From contig JBBTED010000133.1 in assembly GCA_038042445.1 (NCBI GenBank), positions 1 to 29,642 of the forward strand: 29,642 bases of DNA. The letters are read 5' to 3'. The notes beneath the pieces are model-generated. The model saw only the letters and a program-made list of their open reading frames with translations, was not told where the DNA came from and made no database searches. Below are positions 17,342 to 27,172 of the stretch, piece by piece; positions within the stretch are counted from its first letter, which is position 1; each line of letters opens with the position of its first letter. The position numbers were made by a program, and so were the translations under genes. Source of the stretch: Candidatus Firestoneibacteriota bacterium. GTDB taxonomy: Bacteria > Oederibacteriota > D2-FULL-39-29 > JBBTED01.

Positions 17342-18220
17342 TTAGGCATACGAGTTTTGGACCCTGGAGATATAAACCCATGGGACATTCTTTCTCATTT
17401 GCTTTTGTATTCTAAGTGCTTCCTTCTGTGATTCAACTATGGCATAAACAGCAGAACCACTTCCAGTCATTAAAGCACCAATTCCTCCTGTTTTAATCAA
17501 CATTTCTTTTATAGCTGTTAAAACAGGTTTTTTTTCAAATATCACATCTTCAAAATCATTGTATAAATTTCCTGCTATTGCTTTTATATCACCTTTTTTA
17601 AAGCTATTTAAAATTTTATTATAGTAACCGTTTATTGTCAACTTATTTTTTGTTTTTTTGTTTTTATCTACTAAATTATATGCAAACTCAGTAGAAATAT
17701 TAAAATCAGGTTTAACAAGTATAAAAAAAGATTCTGGCATTTCTTTCAGTTTTTTTAATTTATCGCCAATACCTGAACCTAAAGCTGTACCTCCTGTGAT
17801 AAAAAATGGAACATCTGCACCTATATCTCTTGCCATATTAATAAGTTCATTATTATTCAATCCCAATTCCCACATTTTATTCAAACCGTGAAACACAGCA
17901 GCAGCATCTGAACTTCCACCACCCAATCCAGCACCTACAGGAATATTTTTCTCTAAAAGAATACTCACTCCACGTTTAATTTTTAATTTATTAATTAAAA
18001 GTTTTGCAGATTTATAAGCCAAGTTTCTATTATCATTAGGAATTGAAGAATCAGTGCAATGCAGTTTTATACCTGATGAACTTTCTTTCAAATACAATAT
18101 ATCAAATAAATTTATTGTTTGAAATATCGTTCTTATATTATGATATCCATCTTTTCTTTTATTTAAAATCTCAAGAAATAGATTTACTTTGGCAGGAGCA
18201 AAAATTGTACAAGTATTCAC
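17342..18220 (-). CDS. ispE: 4-diphosphocytidyl-2-C-methyl-D-erythritol kinase
   Basis: APAKVNLFL, DGYH, KNIPVGAGLGGGSSDAA, IGADVPFF, MTGSGS. Confidence 0.97.
   Translation of the reverse strand: MNTCTIFAPAKVNLFLEILNKRKDGYHNIRTIFQTINLFDILYLKESSSGIKLHCTDSSIPNDNRNLAYKSAKLLINKLKIKRGVSILLEKNIPVGAGLGGGSSDAAAVFHGLNKMWELGLNNNELINMARDIGADVPFFITGGTALGSGIGDKLKKLKEMPESFFILVKPDFNISTEFAYNLVDKNKKTKNKLTINGYYNKILNSFKKGDIKAIAGNLYNDFEDVIFEKKPVLTAIKEMLIKTGGIGALMTGSGSAVYAIVESQKEALRIQKQMRKNVPWVYISRVQNSYA
17613..17641 (-). promoter_or_regulatory. Promoter internal to ispE, oriented toward spoVG
   Basis: Minus strand TTGACA, 17 nt, TAAAAT, preceded by A-tracts (UP-element-like). Confidence 0.6.
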
Positions 18221-18221
18221 T

Positions 18222-19934
18222 TTATTTTTTTTTCTGAATTTTGTTTAACTTGGTTTTTACACCCTCGTTTTCAGGATCTAATTCTAAGGATTTACTCCAA
18301 AATTCTTCTGCTTTATCAAACACTTCTTTACTATTATATACGTCACCAAGATGTTCATATATAGTAGTATCGCCTTTATCTTTCATAAGCTCAACTGCTT
18401 TTTTTAATTCAACAAGTGCTTCATTTAGCATACCTTTTTTATAATATACCCAACCTAAACTATCAATATACGCTTCATTATCAGGTTCAATTTCCATAGC
18501 TTTTTTTATAAAAGAAAAAGCCTCATCTAAATTCATTCCCTTATCTGCGTATGTATAACCTATATAATTATAAGCATCAGCACTTTTGGGGTCAATTTTA
18601 ATTACTTCCTTAAACTCGTTTATCGAATTTTCTATTTTGCCCTGTTTGTCATATATTATTCCCAAATAATAGTGTGCTTTTTTATGTTTAGGATTTTTAT
18701 CCAACGCTTTTTTGAATATATCTTCTGCATCTTTATATCTCTCTTTATCAAGAAATCCAGCACCTAAATATATATATAGTTCTATTTCATCCGGCAAAAT
18801 TTTTATTGCTCCTTCAAGAATTTCAATACCTTTTTGGATATCATCGCTTTTATCATATATATAAGTTAAATACAAATAAGCATCAACAAATTTTGGATTA
18901 AGCTCAATGCTTTTATTGATTTGAGTTATTGCATCTACCTCATTTTCCTGTTCAGACAAAATCACTCCTTTTAAATAATAAATATAATAATCGTCTTGTT
19001 TTACCTTTAATGCCTTTTCTATTTCATTAAGAGCCTCTGTGTACATTTTTTTATCATAGTAAATAATGCCCAACCCTATGTTTTGTTCAGAATCTAAAGG
19101 TGAAAATTCTCCTACCTTTTGATAAGCTGCAATTGCCTCATCATATTTTTTAATTGCAGAATATGCATAACCTAAATTTGTATAAACTTTCGCATTATAT
19201 GGATCTGATTTTAGTATTTCATTATATTTTTTAATTGCTTCTTCAAATTTCTCTTCTCTTTGATAAAGCAACGCAATCCCATAAATCGCCGGTAAATATT
19301 CAGGATCTATTTTTAGACATTTCTCATAAGAATTTATCGCTTCATTATAATTTTCAAGCTCAGTATAAATAATACCCATATTGAAATATGATATAGCTAA
19401 TTTAGAATCAAAGTTTATCGCTTTTTTAAACATTTCAATTGCCTCAGGATATTTTTTATTTTTACCGTATGCAATACCTAACAACAAATATCCCTCCCCA
19501 TTAGATGGTGCAAGTTTTAATAAAACTTGCAATTGCTCGATTGCTTCATCTATTTTATTCTGATTTAAATATAACTTCGCCAATATGAAACGCACTTCTG
19601 GATTTTCAGGATTTGAATTTACTGTATTACGATATATTTCTATAACTTCATCTGTTTTGCCAGATTTTAAATATTCATTTGTTAATGTTGCACTTATAGT
19701 TTTAGAAGATGGATCGTATTTTAAAGCATTTGTAAATTCCTTTATTGCATCTTCCGACAAACCATACTGACTCAACAATATTCCTCTCAAATAAAACAAA
19801 TAGGAATATCTTATATTGTATGGCACTTGCACATCATTCTGCTGAGCGAAAACATTTGGTAAAAATAAAACAGATAAGATAATTGATAAGAGACAAAATC
19901 TTTTTCTTAATATTTTTTTAAAATAATTTTTCAT
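18222..19934 (-). CDS. Secreted multi-TPR protein
   Basis: Signal peptide ending VFA; consecutive TPRs; YNYIGYTYAD...YIDSLGWVYYKKG...IYEHLGD motif typical of the TPR gene upstream of ispE; start ATG 19934 (ORF open from 19949). Confidence 0.9.
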   Translation of the reverse strand: MKNYFKKILRKRFCLLSIILSVLFLPNVFAQQNDVQVPYNIRYSYLFYLRGILLSQYGLSEDAIKEFTNALKYDPSSKTISATLTNEYLKSGKTDEVIEIYRNTVNSNPENPEVRFILAKLYLNQNKIDEAIEQLQVLLKLAPSNGEGYLLLGIAYGKNKKYPEAIEMFKKAINFDSKLAISYFNMGIIYTELENYNEAINSYEKCLKIDPEYLPAIYGIALLYQREEKFEEAIKKYNEILKSDPYNAKVYTNLGYAYSAIKKYDEAIAAYQKVGEFSPLDSEQNIGLGIIYYDKKMYTEALNEIEKALKVKQDDYYIYYLKGVILSEQENEVDAITQINKSIELNPKFVDAYLYLTYIYDKSDDIQKGIEILEGAIKILPDEIELYIYLGAGFLDKERYKDAEDIFKKALDKNPKHKKAHYYLGIIYDKQGKIENSINEFKEVIKIDPKSADAYNYIGYTYADKGMNLDEAFSFIKKAMEIEPDNEAYIDSLGWVYYKKGMLNEALVELKKAVELMKDKGDTTIYEHLGDVYNSKEVFDKAEEFWSKSLELDPENEGVKTKLNKIQKKK

Positions 19935-21360
19935 TTTGAGGTCCTTCACTTCGTTCAGGATGACCTTTCAGGTCATTTTTCGCTTTCAGATATTCATCTA
20001 TTGCCCTTGCGGCTTTTTTTCCTGCACCCATCGCTAAAATAACTGTTGCAGAACCAGTCACAATATCTCCACCGGCAAAAACACCTTCTTTACTTGTCTT
20101 ACCTGTTTTGGAATCTGCAACTATGTACCCTTCTTTAGTTGTTTCTAAATCCGGTGTGGTAATTTTAACTAATGGATTTGCACGTGTGCCTAAAGCAACT
20201 ATAACAGTATCCACATCTACAGTAAATTCAGATCCTTTCACAGGCACAGGTCTGCGTCTTCCAGAAGAATCCGGTAAACCAAGCTCCATTTTAATACATT
20301 CTATTTTAGTAACCCAACCTTCACTATTACCTATAAACTGTGTAGGATTAGTTAAAAAATCAAATATTATTCCTTCTTCTTGGGCATGATGAGCTTCATC
20401 TTTTCTTGCTGGCATCTCATCTTTTGACCTTCTGTATATAATATGTACTTCTGCGCCAAGACGCAATGCAGCTCTGGCAGAATCCATAGCTACATTACCA
20501 CCTCCAATTACAGCAACTTTCTTACTCTTAATTATAGGTGTATCATATTTTAAATTATATGCTTTCATTAAATTCATTCTGGTTAAATATTCATTTGCTG
20601 AATATATACCATTTAAATTTTCACCGGGAATATTTAGAAACATAGGCAACCCTGCGCCTATTCCAAGAAAAACTGCATCATAACCGTTTTTCAATAATTC
20701 ATCTACTGTGTAAATTTTGCTAATTACACTATCTAAAATTATTTCAGCTCCTAATTTTTTTAAATAATTCACCTCTGCCTTAACAATTTCCTTTGGAAGT
20801 CTAAATTCAGGTATCCCATATATAAGAACACCACCTGTTTCATGCAAAGCTTCGAATATAGTAACTCTATGACCTAACTTAGCTAATTCTCCTGCAACAG
20901 TTAAACCAGCAGGACCTGAACCAACAACTGCAATTTTTTTACCTGTTGTTTCTGGAATTAAAGGAATTGCAATTTCTCCCTGTTCTCTTTCATAATCAGC
21001 TGCAAATCTTTCTAATGCACCAATATTCACAGGCTCTGATTTTTTACCAAGTATACACATTTTCTCACATTGATCTTCCTGAGGACATACTCTTCCACAA
21101 ACTGCAGGCAGATTATTTGCTTTTTTTATTTCAATTGCAGCTCCAATATAATCACCTTCACTAATATATTTTATAAATGCAGGAATATTTATTTCAACAG
21201 GACAACCTTCTATGCAAAGAGGTTTTTTGCACTGCAAACATCTCTTTGCCTCTAATTTGGCAGTTTCAGAAGAAAAACCATACGGAACTTCCTGAAAATT
21301 TTTAATCCTATCTTCTACTTTTTGTTCCAACATTTTCTGTCGCGGTATCTTCTCAGCCAT
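19918..21360 (-). CDS. nfnB: NfnB/SudA-type large subunit (often annotated NADPH-dependent glutamate synthase small chain, gltA/gltD)
   Basis: RCLQCKKPLCIEGCP and CGRVCPQEDQCE Fe-S motifs; GSGPAG and GGGNVAMD nucleotide-binding motifs; FAGGD; adjacent to nfnA. Confidence 0.88.
   Translation of the reverse strand: MAEKIPRQKMLEQKVEDRIKNFQEVPYGFSSETAKLEAKRCLQCKKPLCIEGCPVEINIPAFIKYISEGDYIGAAIEIKKANNLPAVCGRVCPQEDQCEKMCILGKKSEPVNIGALERFAADYEREQGEIAIPLIPETTGKKIAVVGSGPAGLTVAGELAKLGHRVTIFEALHETGGVLIYGIPEFRLPKEIVKAEVNYLKKLGAEIILDSVISKIYTVDELLKNGYDAVFLGIGAGLPMFLNIPGENLNGIYSANEYLTRMNLMKAYNLKYDTPIIKSKKVAVIGGGNVAMDSARAALRLGAEVHIIYRRSKDEMPARKDEAHHAQEEGIIFDFLTNPTQFIGNSEGWVTKIECIKMELGLPDSSGRRRPVPVKGSEFTVDVDTVIVALGTRANPLVKITTPDLETTKEGYIVADSKTGKTSKEGVFAGGDIVTGSATVILAMGAGKKAARAIDEYLKAKNDLKGHPERSEGPQNEKLF
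19938..19976 (-). repeat. GTCAT-headed REP-like element inside the nfnB 3' end
   Basis: Minus strand GTCATCCTGAACGAAGTGAAGGACCTC (19964-19938) plus ATGACCT/AGGTCAT IR (19960-19976); translated as GHPERSEGP. Confidence 0.75.
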
Positions 21361-21361
21361 A

Positions 21362-22207
21362 TTATTCTTTAATTAAATTACATTTATGTTCAAATTTTTG
21401 AGTCGCTATTTTTTCCTGCGGTATATAAATACGTTGACGTTTTAGTAACTCGTCAAAATCTACTAAATGCCCATCAAATTCAGGACCATCAACACATACA
21501 AATTTTGTTTCTTTCCCAACTGAAACTCTACATCCTCCACACATACCTGTTCCATCAATCATTATAGAATTTAAACTAACCATTGTTTTAATTTGATAAG
21601 TTTTTGTTAAATTTGATACAGCTTTCATCATAATTGCAGGGCCTATTGTAATAACAAAATCTATCTTAATTTTACCATCTATTAACTTCTTTAAAATATC
21701 TGTTACAAATCCTTTTTGAATGTATGAACCATCATCAGTTGTAACAATTAATTCATCACTTATTCCCCTCATTTCATTTTCTAAAATCAATAAATCCTTT
21801 GTCCTTGCGCCTATAATTGAAATAACTTTATTCCCCGCTTCTTTAAAAGCTTTTGCAACAGGATATAAAGGTGCTATACCCACACCCCCACCAATTGCCA
21901 CAACAGTCCCATACTTATGAATTTCAGTAGGTCTACCAAGTGGACCTGCAACATTTAATATATACTCACCAGTTTTCATCCTCGCTAATTGCATTGTAGT
22001 TTTACCCACTTCCTGAAAAATTATATCTAAAGTCCCAGCTTTTTCATCTGCATCAGCAATAGTTAATGGAATTCTCTCCCCAGTTTCATCTATTCTAAGC
22101 AAAATAAATTGCCCAGGTTTTCGCTTTTTGGCAATAACCGACGCTTTAATAGTCATACTAAATACCTTTGGTGCAATTTCTTTTTTATCAACTATTTCAA
22201 AACCCAT
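21362..22207 (-). CDS. nfnA: NfnA/SudB-type small subunit (FAD/NAD, 2Fe-2S)
   Basis: PGQF, GERIPLTI, GPLG, GGGVG, DGTGMCGGCR, CVDGPEFD. Confidence 0.9.
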   Translation of the reverse strand: MGFEIVDKKEIAPKVFSMTIKASVIAKKRKPGQFILLRIDETGERIPLTIADADEKAGTLDIIFQEVGKTTMQLARMKTGEYILNVAGPLGRPTEIHKYGTVVAIGGGVGIAPLYPVAKAFKEAGNKVISIIGARTKDLLILENEMRGISDELIVTTDDGSYIQKGFVTDILKKLIDGKIKIDFVITIGPAIMMKAVSNLTKTYQIKTMVSLNSIMIDGTGMCGGCRVSVGKETKFVCVDGPEFDGHLVDFDELLKRQRIYIPQEKIATQKFEHKCNLIKE

Positions 22208-22233
22208 AATTATTTATTTAAATAACAAATTTA

Positions 22234-23781
22234 TCAGATTTTTACAATAACAAAATCTAAATATCCTTTGTTTATATCTACTTTTATCACTTTAATCTGA
22301 ATTTTATCTCCCATTGCATAAGTTATTTTATATCTTCGACCAACTAATATATTTTTGCTTTGATCAAAATAATAATAATCATCTTTAATATTTTTTACAT
22401 GAATTAAACCTTCCACATTAAATTCTTCAATTTCCACAAATAAACCATAAGCTTGAACACCTGTAATTACACCTGGATAGATTTTCTCAATTTTATCAGC
22501 CATAAATTCAATTTTTTTCGATTTAACTGATTTATCTTCTGCATCTTCAGCAATTCTTTCTTTTTCTGAACAATCTTTCCCAGCAGGCTTTAAAAATTTT
22601 CGCAATTTATATATTTTAGTATCATCAAGTTCACCCTTTATAAGATACCTAAGCACCCTGTGAACAAGCAAATCAGGATATCGTCTTATCGGCGAAGTAA
22701 AATGTGTATAGAATTTCTTGGATAACCCAAAATGTCCCACATTAACTGGAGAGTAAACTGCTAATTTCAAAGCGCGCAACATAAAAGTATTTATTAACGC
22801 TTCTTCTGGCTTTCCTTTAGCTAATTTAAGTATATACTGTAAATCCTTTGGATGAATTTCTTTACCTATCTTTAATTTGTAACCATACGGTTTTATTGCA
22901 GTAAAAAAATCCTGCAAATCTTTTATGTCTGGAGCAGGATGAACTCTATATAAAGAAGGCACATTAAATTTTGTAAGATGCTTTGCAATTATTTCATTTG
23001 CCAACAGCATAAATTCTTCAATCATTCTATATGCCTGATTTCTACTCGTCTTTATTATTTTAATTGGCTTATTATTTTCATCAAGTACAACTTTTGACTC
23101 AGGGAAATCAAAATCCAAACTTCCGTCTTCTATTCTTTTCTTATATAAAATTTTCGCTAAATTATTCATTAACCTCAAAGACGGCACAAGAGAATGATTT
23201 TCGTTAATTGCTTCTGGATTTTCTTTTTCTATTATTTCTGCCACTATAGTATAGGTTAATCTTTTTTTAGAGCATATCACACTTTCTAAAATTTCATAAT
23301 TTAAAACTTCTCCTTTTTTATCTATCTCCATAAAAACAGTAATAGTTAATTTGTCTTTACCTGCAATTAAACTACACAAATCATTAGAAAGTTTTTCGGG
23401 CAGCATTGGTATAACTCTATCAACAAGATATACGCTTGTTGCCCTGCGATAAGCCTCATTATTAACTTCTGTGCCAGGCAACACGTAATAACTAACATCT
23501 GCTATGTGAACGCCAAGTTTAAAATTCCCATTTTGCAATTGTTCAATTGAAACTGCATCATCAAAATCTTTTGCATCTTCTCCATCAATTGTAACTGCAA
23601 TAATATTTGTAAGCTCAACCCTATTTTTCCTCTCAGAAATATCTATATAATCAGGAATTTTATTAATTTCCACTTTAACTTTTTCAGAAAAACCAAGAGG
23701 CAAATTAAATTCTTTAATTATATTCTGCATATTATCGGGTGATTGGACATCTTTAGACGCTTTATGAAAAAATTTAGTCAT
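22234..23781 (-). CDS. rnr: Ribonuclease R family exoribonuclease (RNB + S1, N-terminally short)
   Basis: TIDGEDAKDFDDA, IEEFMLLAN, YTHFTSPIRRYPDL, C-terminal S1 domain. Confidence 0.9.
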   Translation of the reverse strand: MTKFFHKASKDVQSPDNMQNIIKEFNLPLGFSEKVKVEINKIPDYIDISERKNRVELTNIIAVTIDGEDAKDFDDAVSIEQLQNGNFKLGVHIADVSYYVLPGTEVNNEAYRRATSVYLVDRVIPMLPEKLSNDLCSLIAGKDKLTITVFMEIDKKGEVLNYEILESVICSKKRLTYTIVAEIIEKENPEAINENHSLVPSLRLMNNLAKILYKKRIEDGSLDFDFPESKVVLDENNKPIKIIKTSRNQAYRMIEEFMLLANEIIAKHLTKFNVPSLYRVHPAPDIKDLQDFFTAIKPYGYKLKIGKEIHPKDLQYILKLAKGKPEEALINTFMLRALKLAVYSPVNVGHFGLSKKFYTHFTSPIRRYPDLLVHRVLRYLIKGELDDTKIYKLRKFLKPAGKDCSEKERIAEDAEDKSVKSKKIEFMADKIEKIYPGVITGVQAYGLFVEIEEFNVEGLIHVKNIKDDYYYFDQSKNILVGRRYKITYAMGDKIQIKVIKVDINKGYLDFVIVKI

Positions 23782-26700
23782 TGGGCAGGATACCTCGAAA
23801 GAAGTTTAAAATATTCTTTTATCAGTTCTTCATACTGATCTGGATATTCTTCTCTTAAAGCTTCCAACATTTTACCTTTCTGGTTGGAACTATATTTACC
23901 TGAAAGTTCTCTTTTTAATTCTATTTGACTCTGAACAGCCTGCTGAACTTTTATTAAATTACCCATCATCATTTTTTGTTTTGCAAATAAATTAGTATAC
24001 CTGTTATCCTTAATATCATTTTGCATTTCTTCAACTAACTTAGCTGCCTGCCTTAATTCACTTGTAGATGAAAGATATGGATTCGCTGAATCTAATAATT
24101 TAGAAGAACGCGCCATAATCTGTGCCTCTTTAGTCACCAATTTTTTAAGTTCCATTTGTAATTGTGGTGGAACATTGTCTGTTAGACCCTCGGCACCCCA
24201 ACCTCCAAGTTTGCCTCCTCCTGTTGAACCCATATTTGGCTTATGCCTCTTTTCCTGAACCACACCTTTTTGCAATCTTTCATCGCTTAAACGCGGAGGA
24301 ATTGTTCTGCCATCTTTGCCCACAAATTCTTTTTCAACCATTTCACCTGCAGATTTTCCAGCACGGCCTTCACCACTTCTTCCTGAAAGCTCATTATTTT
24401 TCGGAAGCATATTACCTGTTTTTCCACTTGCAGTAAAATCACTTATTGGTCCATCCATTACTGCCCATCCAGCCTGAGGAATAGAATCATTCCATCCACC
24501 AGTAATTACATTATCAGTATTTTCATCCATTTCTTCCTCTGTTTCAATTAAATCACCAACTACATCCTGCAATTCCTCTGGAAGTTCAGGCAATGGAACA
24601 TCGTAATCCTCTAAAGGATTTGCAACATTCCACTCTATCATATCAGGTTTATTAGGAAGCCACATCTGCAAATCCGTCTGCAGCTGCTCGGCAAGTGCAA
24701 TGTATTTCCACATCTCTGTTGCATCCAAAGTTATAGTTACTTTTTTAAATTCTCCTTCTGCGCGTTCAACATGCTCTATTATATTTTCAAGTGTATTTAC
24801 AAGAACACCTGCACCTAAATCTTTTTCAGTAGCACGTCTCAAATCATCTGATGCTTTTGAAAGCTCTTTTCTCAAAGCTTCTTCCACATCTGCAAGTTTA
24901 GACAAATCTTCCACTTCTTTCTCAGTAAATGTATCTACAGGTTTTTCTTTTATATTTTCAGCACGTATAACAACTGTTTTTTGCTCATCTACAAATTTTT
25001 TCAATGCTGATATTGTATCTTTTATTGCCTCAATTTTTGAAATATTATCTTTTTTTGTAAATTCAGCAATAAACTTATCTGCAGTTCTCAATATTAAACC
25101 AAGTTTAGTTATTACTTCATCTTCCTTTCCCTGTGCAAAATACACTTTCGAACCTTCAAGATGTTTTGACGCTTCACCCATTAAATTTTCTATTTGATAA
25201 TCCTGCAAACCAGAAATTAATTGTTCACATTTCATCTTTAATTCCAAATCTTCTGATTTTGAAGCTATATTTATATAATTCTCCCTGCACTCTGAAGCTC
25301 TGATTTTAAGACCTGTTTCAATAACCGACAACTGATTAAGCTTATCCTTTTTAGCAGACTCCACAGTTTCTTTGCGAATTTCCTTTTGTTTTTTTAAAAT
25401 TTCTTTTAGAACTAAAGTAACATCAATAAATGCTTTTTTTGACTCAGTACTTTCTAATTTTTTTGAATTAGCTAATTTCTCCATTGAATTAAGCATCTTT
25501 TCCATCGACGTAACTATTGTAATAGTATAAACCGGAGATAAACTTTTACCCGGACCTGTGATATTGTTGTTATCAACAACTTGCGCCCAATATGAAAGCA
25601 CAGAACCGGCTTTTAATTTTAAATCCTGTGGAGATATTTTGCACTCCTGAGTTTTGATTTTCACAGGTGAATTATATAATTGCTTCCACAAAATACGGGC
25701 ATCTTTATCTTCATTTATCTGGTAACACAACTGCATTTCTTTAATTCCATAATCATCTGTAGCTGAAAACATTAAATTCAAATTTGTATCCTCTGTAACT
25801 TTTATATTCTTACCCGGCATTATAAACTGAACTTTAGGCAATTTATCCTTTACTGCAAAAATATTATTTACAACTGAAATCCTATTCTCATATCGTCTGG
25901 AATCCAATAATTTAACTGAATAGCTATAATCCCTATCTATTTTTAATTTAGGCCCTGTAATATCCCTATCTTTTACTTCTAAATCTATAGGTTCATTTTC
26001 AGAGATTGCCACGGCCAACTTTTGTTGGCCTCGCAATGACATTTTTGCTTTTTCAATAGGATTATTTGCTGTAAATTTCAACTGTATTTCACTTCCAAAT
26101 AATACATAATAATCGCCTGAAGTTTGTTTTGTTTTTTTACTTCCCTCTAAAGTATATTCCGGCAATTTAACATCTGCCAAATAAGAAACAATCATTGGTT
26201 CATCTACAACACTAATTTTATAAGCACCTGCCTGCGCATCCCCAGCAGATATTTTATACTTTAATTCACCTTTAACTTCTTTTAAAGTAATGCTATAAAT
26301 ATTTTCATTTTGCCTAATCATATCAAAATTTTCCCAGCGTCTATTTTTAAGTTTAAGTGCAGATTCAGTATTTTTATCTGTTGCCTCAACAGAATACGCA
26401 CCAAGTTCACCTTTAACCAAAAACTTTGCTTCCTGCACAATTTCTCCACCTAATTTAGCAGTTATTGTTACATTTTCACCACGTAATAAAATTTTATCGC
26501 CCGGTTCTACTGAAATTTGTGTTTTTGTAATAGGAGCAATAGATAAAAATGGCAAAAACATTCTGCCTGCAGCATTAAAAAAATAATTCGGAAAAACTCC
26601 AACATATATAAAAACCACCACAGACAAAATTAAACTTAATAACCCACGTTTTCTTAATGGCTTAGTATCTATGCACTCAATAAATTTATTTTCCTTTGCA

Positions 26701-27110
26701 CAATCCAATGTTTCTTCAGCTAATGTTTTAACCCAAAATGAAGAATTTCCAAATTCTCTGGCAAGTTGTATTGTATTTATAAGCCTATTTTTCAAAAAAG
26801 GGAAATATCTCTCAACCTGCACTGCAGTCCAATCATCTGTATGTGTACCAAAAAAATTTTTAAACCCTTTATGTCCGAAATATACATTGATAATTACAAT
26901 TGAAATAAAACAGAGGACACAAATTATTGTTTTAAGATGAAATATATTATCCAGAATAAAAATAGGAAGCAAAACAGAAAAAAGAAGAAAAAACCAATTA
27001 ATAGCTATCCTTGTAATCTCTACGTTTTTCCATCGCCTTTTTACTTTTTCAAGTTCCTTAAGTATAAAAACCAAACTGTCATATTCTTTAGCTAAAGCAA
27101 CACCATTCAT
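23778..27110 (-). CDS. Large membrane-anchored protein (DUF4175-like layout: TM helices, Ig-like domains, long helical/coiled-coil region)
   Basis: Three N-terminal TM segments, RLINTIQL, VEPGD, ATDDYGI, C-terminal YPDQYEELIKEYFKLL; family assignment from pattern memory only. Confidence 0.65.
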   Translation of the reverse strand: MNGVALAKEYDSLVFILKELEKVKRRWKNVEITRIAINWFFLLFSVLLPIFILDNIFHLKTIICVLCFISIVIINVYFGHKGFKNFFGTHTDDWTAVQVERYFPFLKNRLINTIQLAREFGNSSFWVKTLAEETLDCAKENKFIECIDTKPLRKRGLLSLILSVVVFIYVGVFPNYFFNAAGRMFLPFLSIAPITKTQISVEPGDKILLRGENVTITAKLGGEIVQEAKFLVKGELGAYSVEATDKNTESALKLKNRRWENFDMIRQNENIYSITLKEVKGELKYKISAGDAQAGAYKISVVDEPMIVSYLADVKLPEYTLEGSKKTKQTSGDYYVLFGSEIQLKFTANNPIEKAKMSLRGQQKLAVAISENEPIDLEVKDRDITGPKLKIDRDYSYSVKLLDSRRYENRISVVNNIFAVKDKLPKVQFIMPGKNIKVTEDTNLNLMFSATDDYGIKEMQLCYQINEDKDARILWKQLYNSPVKIKTQECKISPQDLKLKAGSVLSYWAQVVDNNNITGPGKSLSPVYTITIVTSMEKMLNSMEKLANSKKLESTESKKAFIDVTLVLKEILKKQKEIRKETVESAKKDKLNQLSVIETGLKIRASECRENYINIASKSEDLELKMKCEQLISGLQDYQIENLMGEASKHLEGSKVYFAQGKEDEVITKLGLILRTADKFIAEFTKKDNISKIEAIKDTISALKKFVDEQKTVVIRAENIKEKPVDTFTEKEVEDLSKLADVEEALRKELSKASDDLRRATEKDLGAGVLVNTLENIIEHVERAEGEFKKVTITLDATEMWKYIALAEQLQTDLQMWLPNKPDMIEWNVANPLEDYDVPLPELPEELQDVVGDLIETEEEMDENTDNVITGGWNDSIPQAGWAVMDGPISDFTASGKTGNMLPKNNELSGRSGEGRAGKSAGEMVEKEFVGKDGRTIPPRLSDERLQKGVVQEKRHKPNMGSTGGGKLGGWGAEGLTDNVPPQLQMELKKLVTKEAQIMARSSKLLDSANPYLSSTSELRQAAKLVEEMQNDIKDNRYTNLFAKQKMMMGNLIKVQQAVQSQIELKRELSGKYSSNQKGKMLEALREEYPDQYEELIKEYFKLLSRYPAQ
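26001..26041 (-). repeat. GTCAT-headed REP-like element inserted in frame in the 1110-aa gene
   Basis: Minus strand TGTCATTGCGA-GGCCAAC-AAAA-GTTGGCC-GTGGCAATCTCT; 13-bp and 11-bp ends identical to the unit at 7105-7146. Confidence 0.9.
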
Positions 27111-27125
27111 AAGTTAATATGATTC

Positions 27126-27153
27126 ATTATAAGCGGATAAAAAGATATGTCAA
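27126..27153 (-). promoter_or_regulatory. Consensus sigma70 promoter for the 1110-aa gene/rnr operon
   Basis: Minus strand TTGACA, 16 nt, TATAAT; ATG 15 nt downstream, no SD. Confidence 0.7.
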
Positions 27154-27172
27154 TAGGAATCTTAACCGGAGT

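Noticed and set aside
19918..21360. True glutamate synthase
   Set aside because: No large subunit gene nearby; pairing with the SudB/NfnA-type gene favours NfnAB.
26357..26401. Hairpin TCTGTTG-CCT-CAACAGA in the 1110-aa gene as another in-frame repeat insertion
   Set aside because: Only a 7-bp stem, no GTCAT/GTAG head and no second copy in the window; needs an orthologue alignment.
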